Assembly: GCA_963796275.1 (NCBI GenBank)
Contig: CAWCKY010000006.1
Location: forward strand, 2,848,001-2,912,000
Direction of reading: 5' to 3'
Length of the DNA stretch: 64,000 bases
Source of the DNA: an uncultured Acidobacteriota bacterium
GTDB lineage: Bacteria; Acidobacteriota; Blastocatellia; RBC074
The position numbers and the translations under genes were made by a program. The notes beneath the pieces were generated by a model. The model had not been told where the DNA came from, ran no database searches, and worked only from the letters and a program-made list of their open reading frames with translations. This document shows positions 20,596 through 31,346 of the stretch, piece by piece. The stretch's first letter is position 1; every line of letters begins with the position of its first letter.

Positions 20596-21121
20596 CTATG
20601 ATTGGAGCAGTTGACAAATGATAGGAATGGATGCGGCATAGACTAGCGAATGCTCGGTGTCAAAGCCCACAATCGTCATATTCACCTTACCCTCACGGTC
20701 AAGAATCAACAGAGTGGGAATAGCATACAGTTGTAAGTAGCGAAATATTTCTCTTTCCGGGTCGCGCAGTACTTTGAGATGCAAGCCATGCCTTTGTGCA
20801 AAGTTTTTGAGTATCCTCATCGGAAACATAGTTTGTTTCGCCAGCTCTTGCGTTGTTGATACTTACCCAATAAAAGCTGACTCCTTGACCGATGAAATAG
20901 TCGGAGAGTCGTTGAAAGGCAGGCAGGCTTCTTGACGCCGTCGGGCTCCAAGTCGTACTGAAACTTAACACAACCACCCTGCCGTGTTCTTTGGCTAAAT
21001 CAATCACACCGCCGTCTACTGATCGCAGCTTCAACTGTGGGGTCTGTGCAGAATCTGTTCCCAGAATTGAAGCCATTATTAACGGAAACAACATGAGTTT
21101 TACAAATTGTCGACAGAACAT
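20596..21121 (-). pseudogene. Exported TlpA/redoxin-like protein lacking CxxC, frameshifted near 20813
   Basis: Paralog of the M48-fusion C-terminal domain (RSVDG, FYWVSIN, LRDPER); STTWSPTA at the active-site position. Confidence 0.75.
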
Positions 21122-21228
21122 GATGTATTACCTCCTTTTTTATATTTCAGTGAAAGTCTGAACATATAGTAGGATGCGCTGCCTTCTGTCGCCTTCAATG
21201 CTACGAAATAATGATTCTCTAAAGTAAT

Positions 21229-21244
21229 GGCAAGCACCGTACCG
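21229..21244 (-). promoter_or_regulatory. Sigma-54 promoter
   Basis: CGGTACGGTGCTTGCC; UAS-like pair at 21368-21406. Confidence 0.6.
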
Positions 21245-21399
21245 CTGACGCTTGGTCTCGGGTGAGTTACATATAAATTCCTTATCCCGATAGGATTTGG
21301 AAATTAATAGTAAGTGTCCGGAGAACTCGCACGCATTCAGCATATGGATAAATGTGTCTCTATCCACTGGGGCAAAATTCCACTTTGGCGGGGGCGAGA

Positions 21400-21600
21400 T
21401 TCCACAACCCCCTGGATGAATTTCGATTGTGTGTAATCCTTGACATCGTTACGCGTACGAGAGAAGTCGTTGTCGGTGCGGCTGAAGCTGGATCCGAGAT
21501 CGCTGGCATAATAGACTCGATTGACGCCTTGGCGCTCGCGGATTGCTTTATTGTTCTGCTTGAGGTCCCAATTTTTAATCAATGCTATCATCAGGTTATA
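21400..21600 (-). pseudogene. Fragment of an acidobacterial kinase-fold hypothetical protein
   Basis: LMIALIKNWDLKQNN...YYASDLGSSF resembles HipA/CotH/PI3K-like catalytic motifs; no N-terminus. Confidence 0.45.
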
Positions 21601-21634
21601 GAGTAAAAAAATTCGGAAATTTTGAGGGGAAGCC

Positions 21635-22470
21635 ATGCAAAGAGTATTGGTCATAAGTGAAGCTACGGAGGAGTTATCGTGGTTACGTGAAGCGCCATCG
21701 TTACAAAATTGCGAGATTGAAACGGTTGGCGAGGATGATGCCGATATCTTACAGCTTCTGCGACGGCGTGATTTCGATGTGGTGCTGACGAGTCCCAGGA
21801 CTCCAGTGAAGGCGGACCTTGCGCTGTTTGGCGAGATGCGGCGCATCCGGCCGGGCCTGCGCCTGATTTTGTTGGCGTCAGAGACTACTCCGAAAGATTT
21901 GATCGCGGCCATGCGCGCTCACGTCTTCGCCTGTTTCAGCCCGCCGTATAATGCCGGCGAGGTTGTGGCAATGATCAATCGCGCCATTGAAGAGCGCGAC
22001 TGGAAGGACGGCATCGAAGTCCTGTCGGCAACTTGCGATGGATCACCCTCAGGGTTACGCCGCGTCGTTTGACCGCTGAACGCCTCGTGCGGTTTATGAG
22101 TGAGCTGAGATCAGACCTGCCCGACCCGGAAAGAGAAGAGCTCATCACAGCTTTTCGAGAGGTTCTGATGAACGCGATGGAACATGGCGCGGGCTTCAAT
22201 CCCGAATTGGTAGTGGATGTTTCAGCCATCCGTTCGCAGCGGGCCATCGTTTATTACTTCCGTGATCCCGGCCCCGGGTTTGACCCTGAAGACTTGCCGC
22301 ACGCCGCCGTCTCCAACATACCCGAAAACCCCATCGGCCATATCGAGTACCGTGAGGCGCGCGGGATGCGTCCCGGCGGCTTCGGTATCATATTAACGAA
22401 ACAATTGGTTGATGAAGTGATCTACAACGAAATCGGCAACGAGATCCTACTCATAAAACATACTTCTTGA
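21635..22470 (+). pseudogene. Receiver-like domain plus HATPase_c_2 (RsbW-like kinase) protein, frameshifted near 22030
   Basis: REC-like N-half; C-half EVLMNAMEHG, DPGPGF, GGFGI; adding one T joins the two ORFs. Confidence 0.78.
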
Positions 22471-22784
22471 TGACTTTTCAGGACAACGGACAACTTCCAC
22501 TGAAATGGCCCAGGGTCCGGTTATTTTGTGGGACGATTACGATAGGACCGCAGCTAAGTGCTGAAGATCACGTCATCCGGGTCATCAAGGGCGAATTGAA
22601 CGATCCGACTTTGTCAATTCAATTCAAACAGGGCTTCAGGTTTTTGCCGTCGGTTCTGGCTATCTGCGACGTGATCCTGAAAGTCCCGGTTATGCCGCAA
22701 TCATCGAATGGCTCAACGAGCGTGTAGCTAAGCCGGAAGATTATGCGGGGCGAGATCCGCGTTTCATTTAACGGGGGCTACCAG

Positions 22785-24644
22785 ATGAGCGAAAGCATTT
22801 CAGGCGAAACGGGCGGGACTGATGGGTTGCTGAGATTTCCCGGCTGGGGCACTACCGAGCAGCTAGATATGTCGCAGCCGCAGGCGGTCGAGATCAAACA
22901 TCTCGATTCCGGAGTGAGGCACAAACTCGGCGAGTGGCGCTCGACGGCGATCTGCGGCAATGACATCACGTCGAGCTGCTTGTATGTAGCCGCGCTCAGC
23001 GCGCTTTATGCCGGGCCGTTTGCGCCGCTTGCTCTGGTGGCGGTGGCGTTGCTGCTCTATATGTTTCGCAGCATCTACGCTGAAGTCGGCACGGCGTTGC
23101 CGCTCAACGGCGGCGCTTACAACGTGTTGCTCAACACGACTTCGAAGGCCAAGGCCTCTGTGGCTGCCTGCCTGACGCTACTCTCCTATCTCGCCACCGC
23201 GGTTATCAGTGCGAAGGAAGCCATGCATTACGCGCATAATCTGTGGAGCGGGATGAACGTCTTCTGGGCGACGATGGTACTGCTCGGCGTCTTTGCGATG
23301 CTCAACTTGATCGGCATCAGGGAGTCGTCGAGCGTGGCGCTGGCGCTGTTCATCATCCACATCGCCACGCTGACGATTCTGTCGCTGACTTCCGGCGTTG
23401 CAGTGCTGACCGACCTATCCACCTTCGCCGCGAACTGGCAGGTGCCTGCGCCGGACGGGATGCTGAAGGCCATCTTCTTCGGCTTTTCGGCGGCGATGCT
23501 CGGCATCAGCGGGTTTGAAAGCTCGGCCAACTTCATTGAGGAGCAAGAGGAGGGCGTCTTTCCGAAGACGCTTCGGAATATGTGGATCGCCGTAGCGATC
23601 TTCAACCCGCTGACAAGTCTGCTGGCAATGGGGCTGTTGCCGCTGGCGCAGATCGCTTCCAACAAGGAAGACTTGTTGGCCACTATGGGAATGATCTCTG
23701 CGGGGCGCTGGTTGCACATAATGGTGAGCGTAGATGCGGCGCTGGTATTGTCAGGCGCAGTGTTAACGAGCTACGTCGGCGTGACGGGGCTGGTGCGGCG
23801 GATGACGCTGGACCGCTGCCTACCGCAAATTCTGTTGCGCGAAAATGAATGGCGCGGGACAAACCACTGGATCATTGTGTTCTTCTTTCTGTTGTGCTGC
23901 TCGGTCTTGATGATCACCGCCGGAAGGATCGAGGCGCTAGCCGGCGTCTATACAATTTCATTTCTCGGCGTGATGGCGCTTTTCGCCATCGGCAACATGC
24001 TGCTGAAGGTGAAGCGCGCGCGATTGCCGCGCGCCGTGCGTGCAAGTTGGCCAACCGTGGTGTTCGGTTTTCTCGCAGTGTGCATAGGCTTGCTCGGCAA
24101 TCTGCTGATCAATCCCGCCTCTGTGCGCGTGTTCGGCGTCTATTTCGCTGTCGTCCTGGCAATTGTGGGGGTGATGTTTCTGCGCGTCCAGATTCTCAAA
24201 GTCGCGCTGGCCGTTTTGCGCGCGGCCGTTGAAAGGATGCAGGAAGCTAATCGCCTCATCTGTCGCTGGATCATCGCTGGCATTGAACGGATCAATAGTC
24301 AGCGCGTGATCTTCTTTACGCGCGGCGACAATCTGGCGACGCTCAATCGCGCGGCTCTCTACGTGCTGGAGAACGAGCAGACCAAACGGTTCAGGGTGGT
24401 TCACTGTTACGAACGCGAGGAAGACATACCCGCCGATCTGGCGGAGCAGATTCGCATCATTGATCGCATCTATCCTGAGATACGCATTGATCTGTTGCTG
24501 GTTAAAGGAACCTTCTGCCCGGAATTGATCGAGCGCTTATCACAGCGGCTCGGTGTGCCAAAAAACTATATGTTCATCGGCACACCCGGCGACCGCTTCC
24601 CACACCGGATCGCCGATCTGGGAGGGGTGCGATTGATTATGTGA
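22785..24644 (+). CDS. APC-family amino acid permease
   Basis: AICGNDITSSCLY, PLNGGAY, GISGFESSANF; multiple TM segments. Confidence 0.88.
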   Translation: MSESISGETGGTDGLLRFPGWGTTEQLDMSQPQAVEIKHLDSGVRHKLGEWRSTAICGNDITSSCLYVAALSALYAGPFAPLALVAVALLLYMFRSIYAEVGTALPLNGGAYNVLLNTTSKAKASVAACLTLLSYLATAVISAKEAMHYAHNLWSGMNVFWATMVLLGVFAMLNLIGIRESSSVALALFIIHIATLTILSLTSGVAVLTDLSTFAANWQVPAPDGMLKAIFFGFSAAMLGISGFESSANFIEEQEEGVFPKTLRNMWIAVAIFNPLTSLLAMGLLPLAQIASNKEDLLATMGMISAGRWLHIMVSVDAALVLSGAVLTSYVGVTGLVRRMTLDRCLPQILLRENEWRGTNHWIIVFFFLLCCSVLMITAGRIEALAGVYTISFLGVMALFAIGNMLLKVKRARLPRAVRASWPTVVFGFLAVCIGLLGNLLINPASVRVFGVYFAVVLAIVGVMFLRVQILKVALAVLRAAVERMQEANRLICRWIIAGIERINSQRVIFFTRGDNLATLNRAALYVLENEQTKRFRVVHCYEREEDIPADLAEQIRIIDRIYPEIRIDLLLVKGTFCPELIERLSQRLGVPKNYMFIGTPGDRFPHRIADLGGVRLIM

Positions 24645-24771
24645 TCTCGCGACGGGAGCGCGGCAAGAATTTCGGGTAGAGTCGTATGGCAAATTGGGAC
24701 CATCTGTTGCCGGATACAGCAATGTCGTCTGTGCAGGAGTACATTTTTTCGCTTCCGAAGGAGTGTTTTGT

Positions 24772-26550
24772 ATGAGTGAAACCGTAGGTTCTATGGTGCG
24801 GCCGCCGCATTGGCTGAGCGGATGGCGTGACAAACTCGCGGCGAGCCTCGGCGTGTCGCCGCAGCGCAAGGAAGAGATTTACCTTGAACTGTCGAAATCC
24901 ACCACGCTGCGTGATCCGAGTTACTGGCTCCAAATCGTCTTTGCTGCTGGCATCGCCACACTGGGGTTGGTTCTCAACAGCCCGGCGGTGATTATCGGCG
25001 CGATGCTCATCTCGCCCTTGATGGGCCCGATTCTAGCGGGCGGCCTGGCTTTTGCTTCCGGCGACCTGATTCTCGGCCTGCGTGCAGGCATCATGCTGCT
25101 GTTGAGCTGTATCGTGGCGATCGCTTTTTCGGTGCTGCTCGTCGGATTCTTACCGTTCAAGGAGATGACCGGCGAGATCGCTGCGCGGACGCAGCCGAAC
25201 ACGCTCGATCTGGTAGTTGCACTCTTCTCCGGCGCTATTGGCTCAATGGCGGTTTGCAAGGAGGTCAAGGGCGTCGTGACTTCGGTTCCGGGTGTGGCGA
25301 TCGCCGTCGCGTTGATGCCGCCATTGTGTGTTGTCGGTTACGGGATCGGCGTGGCCGTGAGCTTGAACGGCGCAGAGGGGATGCGCGTGGCGCGCGGCGG
25401 CGGATTGCTGTTTTTGACCAACCTCGTGACGATCACCTTCACGGCGATGGTTGTCTTTCTGGTCTTGCACATCGACACGAGGCAGGTGAAAGAGCGTGTG
25501 CGCGAATGGCGCAGCGAGGATAAGGAGAGTGTCCTGGCCCGTTATCTGCTCATGCGCTTTCGCGTTTCGGACAAAGTGCGCAGCATCGGAGGGTTGTCCA
25601 GCCGTCTGGTGATGGTCCTCGCGGCCATCGCGCTGTTGCTGATCCCGCTCACCCAGTCGCTCAGCCAGCTCAAGGGCGAGATCGCGCGGCAGCAGTGGGA
25701 AAATCGCGTGCGGCGCGTCGCCACCCAGTTGTGGCAAAACCATTATGAGAAAATGCCGGGCGGCGAAGCGCGTTCCTTCCTCGATTCTCTCGCGATTTCG
25801 GATGCGGATGGCAAGATCATGCTGGTGCTGCGTGTCTTCGACATTAAACCATACACAGAAGCCGAGAAGGCCGAATATATGCGGCTCGTGGCCGAACGGC
25901 TTGGCAGGCCGGCGGATTCCGTCAGACTGCAACTGATCGAGATTCCTACCGCTGCGGCGCTGCTCGGTGCGAAGGCGAGAGAGGAGAGGCGCGAGGTGCC
26001 GCCGCCAACGGTCGCACAATTGCGCGCCAGCTTTTGGCAGGGAGTCGAAGCAGCGATGCAGGGAGTACGGCTGCCGCCGTCGATGCAGCTGCTCGGTTAC
26101 CGGGTCGTGACCGGCTCCACCGAGCCGACGCGCCTCGTAATTGTGTACCTCGGCGAGCGTGACATCGAAAGCGACGCGCAGGCGTTGATCGCTGAGGATG
26201 TTCGCGCACGGCTCGCCATACCGAACACGGAGATGAGTTGCGAACGGGTACAGTCGCTCTTCGGCCCGATCGGCTTCAGACGTAACCAGGCGTCGTTGCC
26301 TGCGAGAGTCTCAAATCTGCTTGATCAAATCGGGCAGATGCTCCAGCAGTATCCAGAGTTGCGGGCCGAGGTCGTCGCACATGCGGAAGGGCCGGAACGT
26401 GTGTGGATCGCCGAAGAGCGCGCACAGGCCGTCAGCAATTACTTGAGCGAGCGCAGCGGGGTTGCATCCGAGCGAATCAAAATCACAACCCGCCCTGAAG
26501 CGGCGCACAACGTCATCGTCAGGCTGGTTAAGAACAGTCAGGGTCAGTGA
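24772..26550 (+). CDS. DUF389 membrane protein with a C-terminal OmpA-like domain
   Basis: NSPAVIIGAMLISPLMGP, PGVAIAVALMPPL; tail ERAQAVSNYL..GVASERI. Confidence 0.82.
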   Translation: MSETVGSMVRPPHWLSGWRDKLAASLGVSPQRKEEIYLELSKSTTLRDPSYWLQIVFAAGIATLGLVLNSPAVIIGAMLISPLMGPILAGGLAFASGDLILGLRAGIMLLLSCIVAIAFSVLLVGFLPFKEMTGEIAARTQPNTLDLVVALFSGAIGSMAVCKEVKGVVTSVPGVAIAVALMPPLCVVGYGIGVAVSLNGAEGMRVARGGGLLFLTNLVTITFTAMVVFLVLHIDTRQVKERVREWRSEDKESVLARYLLMRFRVSDKVRSIGGLSSRLVMVLAAIALLLIPLTQSLSQLKGEIARQQWENRVRRVATQLWQNHYEKMPGGEARSFLDSLAISDADGKIMLVLRVFDIKPYTEAEKAEYMRLVAERLGRPADSVRLQLIEIPTAAALLGAKAREERREVPPPTVAQLRASFWQGVEAAMQGVRLPPSMQLLGYRVVTGSTEPTRLVIVYLGERDIESDAQALIAEDVRARLAIPNTEMSCERVQSLFGPIGFRRNQASLPARVSNLLDQIGQMLQQYPELRAEVVAHAEGPERVWIAEERAQAVSNYLSERSGVASERIKITTRPEAAHNVIVRLVKNSQGQ

Positions 26551-26629
26551 TAGTATTCGCTCTCTATTTGCGGCTCTTAGCTCTCTGACCAGGGAGCATA
26601 GCATTAAGGACCTGGACATCGAGCCGAGG

Positions 26630-26735
26630 ATCAAATCATCAAAGCTTTTCCCGAAGATACTGCACCGCGCTTCCGCTTCGGTGTGTGCAGCCGATGAAAT
26701 GTTGCTACCAATCCGGTTTGATAAAAGCCACTCAT
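26630..26735 (-). pseudogene. Remnant of a gpgS 5' end
   Basis: AGGAGG RBS plus MSGFYQTGLVATFHRL; DNA at 26690-26737 nearly identical to 5989-6036. Confidence 0.8.
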
Positions 26736-26863
26736 TGCACCTCCTATTCATTTAACGGCTGACCGGGATGAAGGTCAGCGTGACATATCGGGCGGGTACT
26801 AGTGTCGTCAACGCCGATTTGGCGTGCGGTTTCGCATCATCAGAGATAGTGTCAGTTGTGCTG

Positions 26864-26901
26864 TGTAGCAATTTGGGACTAAGGGTTGGTCAAACGCTAC
26901 A
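26864..26901. promoter_or_regulatory. Tandem UAS sites
   Basis: TGTAGCAATTTGGGACT-N4-GTTGGTCAAACGCTACA, a near copy of 8933-8970. Confidence 0.65.
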
Positions 26902-26945
26902 GTTCTCCCAAACGTCTACAAGTCTATCCTCTGGGCGATCGCACG

Positions 26946-26961
26946 TGGCACTCGAATTGCC
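26946..26961 (+). promoter_or_regulatory. Sigma-54 promoter for the treZ operon
   Basis: TGGCACTCGAATTGCC. Confidence 0.8.
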
Positions 26962-27023
26962 CTTAATGCAATGAACACTGGTTGAACCAACGCTCTGTCT
27001 TTTCAAGTCACTAAGGAGAGTCT

Positions 27024-28859
27024 ATGGGTATCAAGATCGGCGCTCGCTGTGCAGGTGTCAGCGGATGTGAGTTCATAGTTTGGGCCCCACAAGTGAATGA
27101 AGTTGCCCTTAAGCTGCTCTCGCCTGAGCTGAGAATGATCCCGATGGAACGGGATGAATGGGGATATTGGCGCACGGCGCTCGATAACGTTGCAGCCGGC
27201 GCGCGGTATCTTTACCGCATCGACAACGATGAGGAGCGACCTGATCCGGCATCACATCTCCAGCCCTTCGGAGTGCATGGTTCATCGGAGGTCGTCACGC
27301 ACGATGATTTTCCGTGGTCGGATCAGGGCTGGGCAGGCATCCAGAAGGAGCAGTTGGTCATTTCCGAACTGCACGTCGGCGCCTTCACACCCGAAGGGAC
27401 ATTTGACGCCATTATTCGGCGCTTGTCAGAACTACATGAGCTCGGCATTACAGCTATTGAGCTGATGCCGGTTGCTGAGTTCCCCGGCGAGCGGAACTGG
27501 GGCTACGACGGAGTCTATCCTTTCTCTGTGCATCACGCTTATGGCGGGCCGGTGGGATTGAAGCGATTGGTCAATGCCTGTCACGAGGCTGGGCTGGCGG
27601 TGATCCTTGATGTTGTATACAACCATCTCGGGCCGGAGGGAAATTATCTCGCACGGTTCGCGCCGTATTTCACCGACAAATACCGAACGCCCTGGGGTAG
27701 CGCAATCAATTTCGACGGCGCCTGGAGCGACGGCGTGCGGAACTACTTCATCGAAAACGCTCTGCATTGGTTCGGAAACTATCATATTGACGGCTTGAGA
27801 CTGGATGCCATTCACGCAATTTTTGATCAGAGCGCAAGGCCTTTTTTACAGGAGTTGGCCGATGAGGTGACGGAATTCGCTGCGCAGCAGGGCCGGAATC
27901 CATTCCTGGTTGCGGAATCAAACCTCAACGAGCCACGTGTCATCCGGCCGAAGAAGAGAGGAGGGTTCGGACTGGAGGGGGTATGGTGCGATGACTTTCA
28001 TCATTCCTTGCGCACGCTGCTGATGGCTGACCGCAGCGGCTATTACGTGGACTTCGGATCTGTCGCGCATCTCGTCAAAGCAATGCGGGAGGGATTTGTT
28101 TACTCGGGCGAATATTCGGCATTCCGCAAACGAAGACATGGAAGCTCATCTGCCGACAGACCTGGCCATCAGTTTGTCGTCTTTGCACAGAATCATGACC
28201 AGATCGGCAATCGCATGCTAGGCGAGCGACTAGCAGAGCTGGTTTCATTTGAAGCTCTCAAACTCGCTGCGGGAACGGTATTGCTCTCTCCCTTCATTCC
28301 GCTTTTGTTTATGGGTGAGGAGTACGGCGAGGACGCGCCATTTCTTTATTTCGTCAGCCACGGCGATCCGGATTTGATTTCGGCTGTGAGAGAAGGGCGG
28401 AAGGAAGAATTCAAAACCTTCAAGTGGACGGACGAGCCGCCGGATCCACAGGCTATGGATACGTATCTCCGATCGAAAGTCGATTGGGAGAAACGCAATC
28501 AGGGCAGGCATCGTCTGTTGCGCGAGTTCTACCGAAAGCTGATCCGGTTGCGCCGCGAGATACCCGCGCTTGCGGCGCTCGATAAGAGCTGCCTGGAGGC
28601 GAGCGGGGACGAAAAGAAGCGAATCGTATTGATGCGTCGCTGGAATGGCGATAGTCGCATCTTCTGCGCCATGAATTTCAATAGTGAGGAAGTGAGCTTC
28701 CGCCATGAATTGCCGGGCGAATGGACCAGGCTGGTTGACTCGGCAGACGAGACCTGGGACGGACCGGGATCGTCGTTGCCTGAGAGAATCACTGCATGGG
28801 ATGAGGTTCTCATTAAAGGGTCGAGCATGGCGCTCTATCGGCAGGAGGGTTTCTTATGA
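27024..28859 (+). CDS. treZ: Malto-oligosyltrehalose trehalohydrolase (GH13)
   Basis: [46 protein letters not shown]. Confidence 0.95.
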   Translation: MGIKIGARCAGVSGCEFIVWAPQVNEVALKLLSPELRMIPMERDEWGYWRTALDNVAAGARYLYRIDNDEERPDPASHLQPFGVHGSSEVVTHDDFPWSDQGWAGIQKEQLVISELHVGAFTPEGTFDAIIRRLSELHELGITAIELMPVAEFPGERNWGYDGVYPFSVHHAYGGPVGLKRLVNACHEAGLAVILDVVYNHLGPEGNYLARFAPYFTDKYRTPWGSAINFDGAWSDGVRNYFIENALHWFGNYHIDGLRLDAIHAIFDQSARPFLQELADEVTEFAAQQGRNPFLVAESNLNEPRVIRPKKRGGFGLEGVWCDDFHHSLRTLLMADRSGYYVDFGSVAHLVKAMREGFVYSGEYSAFRKRRHGSSSADRPGHQFVVFAQNHDQIGNRMLGERLAELVSFEALKLAAGTVLLSPFIPLLFMGEEYGEDAPFLYFVSHGDPDLISAVREGRKEEFKTFKWTDEPPDPQAMDTYLRSKVDWEKRNQGRHRLLREFYRKLIRLRREIPALAALDKSCLEASGDEKKRIVLMRRWNGDSRIFCAMNFNSEEVSFRHELPGEWTRLVDSADETWDGPGSSLPERITAWDEVLIKGSSMALYRQEGFL

Positions 28860-31291
28860 GTCGTTATATCTGCATTCACGGACACTTTTATCAACCCCCG
28901 CGCGAGAACCCCTGGCTCGAAGAGGTAGAATTGCAGGATTCGTCCTACCCTTATCACGATTGGAATGAGCGCATCACAGCCGAGTGTTATGCGCCCAATG
29001 CGGCAGCGCGCATCCTCGATCGCAACCGCGCTATTCGGGAGATCACCTGCAACTATGCCAGGATCAGTTTCGACTTCGGTCCTACACTCCTGGCCTGGCT
29101 GGAACGGCAAGTGCCGGAGGTCTATGCGGCAATTATCGAAGCCGATCGGGAGAGCCGGAAACGCTTCTCCGGTCATGGCTCGGCGTTGGCGCAGGTCTAT
29201 AACCATCTGATCATGCCGCTGGCCGACAATCGCGATAAGCAGACTCAGATCATATGGGGCATTGCAGATTTCGAGCATCGTTTCGGACGCCCGCCTGAAG
29301 GAATGTGGTTGCCGGAAACCGCCGTCGATCTTGAGACCCTCGAAATCCTCGCCCTGCAAGGCATTCGCTTCACGATTCTCGCGCCTCGGCAGGCACGGCA
29401 GGTACGCCGCCTGGATGAGAGATACTGGCATAACGTCGATAACTCCCGGATCGATCCGAAAAGGGCGTATCTGTGCCGTCTGCGGTCGGGCCGCAGTATC
29501 AACTTGTTTTTTTACGATGGCCCGATTTCGCAGGACATCGCTTTCTGTGGATCGCTCAATAATGGTGAAACGCTGGTACAACGATGGCTGAGCGGATTCA
29601 CGGAAGATCACAGAGAATCGCAACTTGTTCATTTTGCCACTGACGGTGAGACCTATGGACATCATCACCGTCATGGCGAAATGGCGCTGGCCTTTGCCCT
29701 TCATTATCTGGAGGAGCGCCGCCTTGCGAGATTGACTGTCTACGGCGAATTTTTGGAGAAACATCCCCCGCAATATGAGGTCGAGATCATCGAGAATTCC
29801 TCGTGGAGTTGCGTGCACGGCATCCAGAGATGGCGCGCACATTGCGGATGCAACTCGGGACGCGACAGTTGGACGCAGCATTGGCGCGCGCCGCTGCGCA
29901 AGGCGCTCGACTGGCTGCGAGATGAGCTGGCGGCAATCTATCAGAGTGAGATCACGCGTTACCTGCGTGATCCCTGGGCGGCGCGGGACGATTACATTTA
30001 CGTCATCCTCGACCGTTCGGAGTCGAACGTCGAATCGTTTTTAGCTCGCCAGGCCTTGCGGGAGTTGCAGCGGCACGAAAAAGTCAGCGTCCTCCGGCTG
30101 CTCGAAATGCAACGGCATGCCATGCTCATGTTCACCAGTTGCGGCTGGTTCTTCGACGAGATTTCCGGGCTGGAGACGACCCAGGTGATGCAGTACGCCG
30201 CACGCGCCATCCAGCTCGCGGCGCGCAGCAGCGGAGTAGACCTTGAACCTGGCTTCCTCGATATTCTCCGGGGCGCCGGTAGCAACCTCCCGGAGCATCG
30301 GGACGGGGCGGAGGTTTATCTGAAATTGGTCAAACCGTCGAAGGTTGATCTGCTGCGCGTCGGCGCCCATTATGCGGTGTCATCGCTCTTTGAGGACTAT
30401 CCGGAAACGTCCGTGATCTACAGCTACACAGCACAACGGCTCGTTTTCGACCGCCGTGAGGCGGGCCGTCACAAGCTAGCTGTCGGCAAAGCGGCATTGC
30501 GCTCCAACATCACCTGGGCCGAGCGCACAATCAGTTTTGCCGTGCTGCATTTAGGCGATCACTCTCTGGCGGGCGGAGCGCGGGAATTTATGGGCGAGGC
30601 AGCCTTCGCTGCTATGCATCAGGAGATCACCCAAGCATTCTCGCGCAGCGACGTGCCGGAGGTCATCCGCCTGATAGATAGGAACTTCGAGATCCACAAA
30701 TACTCGCTCTGGTATCTGTTTCGAGACGAACAACGGAAAATCTTCTCGCACATTCTCGATTCGACTCTTCAGGACATCGAAGCCTCTTTCCATCAAATCT
30801 ACGAACACAACTACCCGATTGTGCAGGCGATGCGGGATCTGAATATCCCGCTGCCGAAAGCGCTCGCAACCCCGGTTGAATACACGCTCAAGGGGAAGCT
30901 GCGTGAGGTGCTACAGGCTCAAGTCCCGGACCTGGTGCACCTCCAAAGCCTCATGGATGAGATCAATAGATGGGAATTCGAAACTGAGAAGTCCTCGCTC
31001 GGATATATCGCCAGCAGCCGGATCGAAACGCTGATGGAGCGTTTCGCCGCTGACCCGCGCGACTTGCAATTGCTCCAAACCATTGAAGGGATGATGCGGA
31101 TTCTACAAACCCCGTCTATTAAGCTTGATCTGATGAAGGCACAGAATTTGCACTTCCGTATCGCCAGAACGCTGTATCAAACAATGGCAGCAGAGGCAAC
31201 AAGGGGAGGCGAATCCGCCAAACAGTGGGTAAGCCTCTTTGACAGTCTGGGCACATATTTGCAGATCTGCAGGCGCATGAGCCATCTGTGA
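28856..31291 (+). CDS. GH57 glycoside hydrolase with DUF3536
   Basis: [43 protein letters not shown]. Confidence 0.92.
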   Translation: MSRYICIHGHFYQPPRENPWLEEVELQDSSYPYHDWNERITAECYAPNAAARILDRNRAIREITCNYARISFDFGPTLLAWLERQVPEVYAAIIEADRESRKRFSGHGSALAQVYNHLIMPLADNRDKQTQIIWGIADFEHRFGRPPEGMWLPETAVDLETLEILALQGIRFTILAPRQARQVRRLDERYWHNVDNSRIDPKRAYLCRLRSGRSINLFFYDGPISQDIAFCGSLNNGETLVQRWLSGFTEDHRESQLVHFATDGETYGHHHRHGEMALAFALHYLEERRLARLTVYGEFLEKHPPQYEVEIIENSSWSCVHGIQRWRAHCGCNSGRDSWTQHWRAPLRKALDWLRDELAAIYQSEITRYLRDPWAARDDYIYVILDRSESNVESFLARQALRELQRHEKVSVLRLLEMQRHAMLMFTSCGWFFDEISGLETTQVMQYAARAIQLAARSSGVDLEPGFLDILRGAGSNLPEHRDGAEVYLKLVKPSKVDLLRVGAHYAVSSLFEDYPETSVIYSYTAQRLVFDRREAGRHKLAVGKAALRSNITWAERTISFAVLHLGDHSLAGGAREFMGEAAFAAMHQEITQAFSRSDVPEVIRLIDRNFEIHKYSLWYLFRDEQRKIFSHILDSTLQDIEASFHQIYEHNYPIVQAMRDLNIPLPKALATPVEYTLKGKLREVLQAQVPDLVHLQSLMDEINRWEFETEKSSLGYIASSRIETLMERFAADPRDLQLLQTIEGMMRILQTPSIKLDLMKAQNLHFRIARTLYQTMAAEATRGGESAKQWVSLFDSLGTYLQICRRMSHL

Positions 31292-31346
31292 TGTTGGAAG
31301 AGTCTTAGACATCTACCACCTCGAAAGGAGGCAAGGTCGGGAAGTA

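Noticed and set aside
22467-22727. 86-aa ORF after the HATPase gene
   Set aside because: No motifs on either strand; probably non-coding or decayed sequence
24685-24701. UAS-like TATGGCAAATTGGGACC before the DUF389 gene
   Set aside because: A single site with no convincing -24/-12 box at a suitable distance
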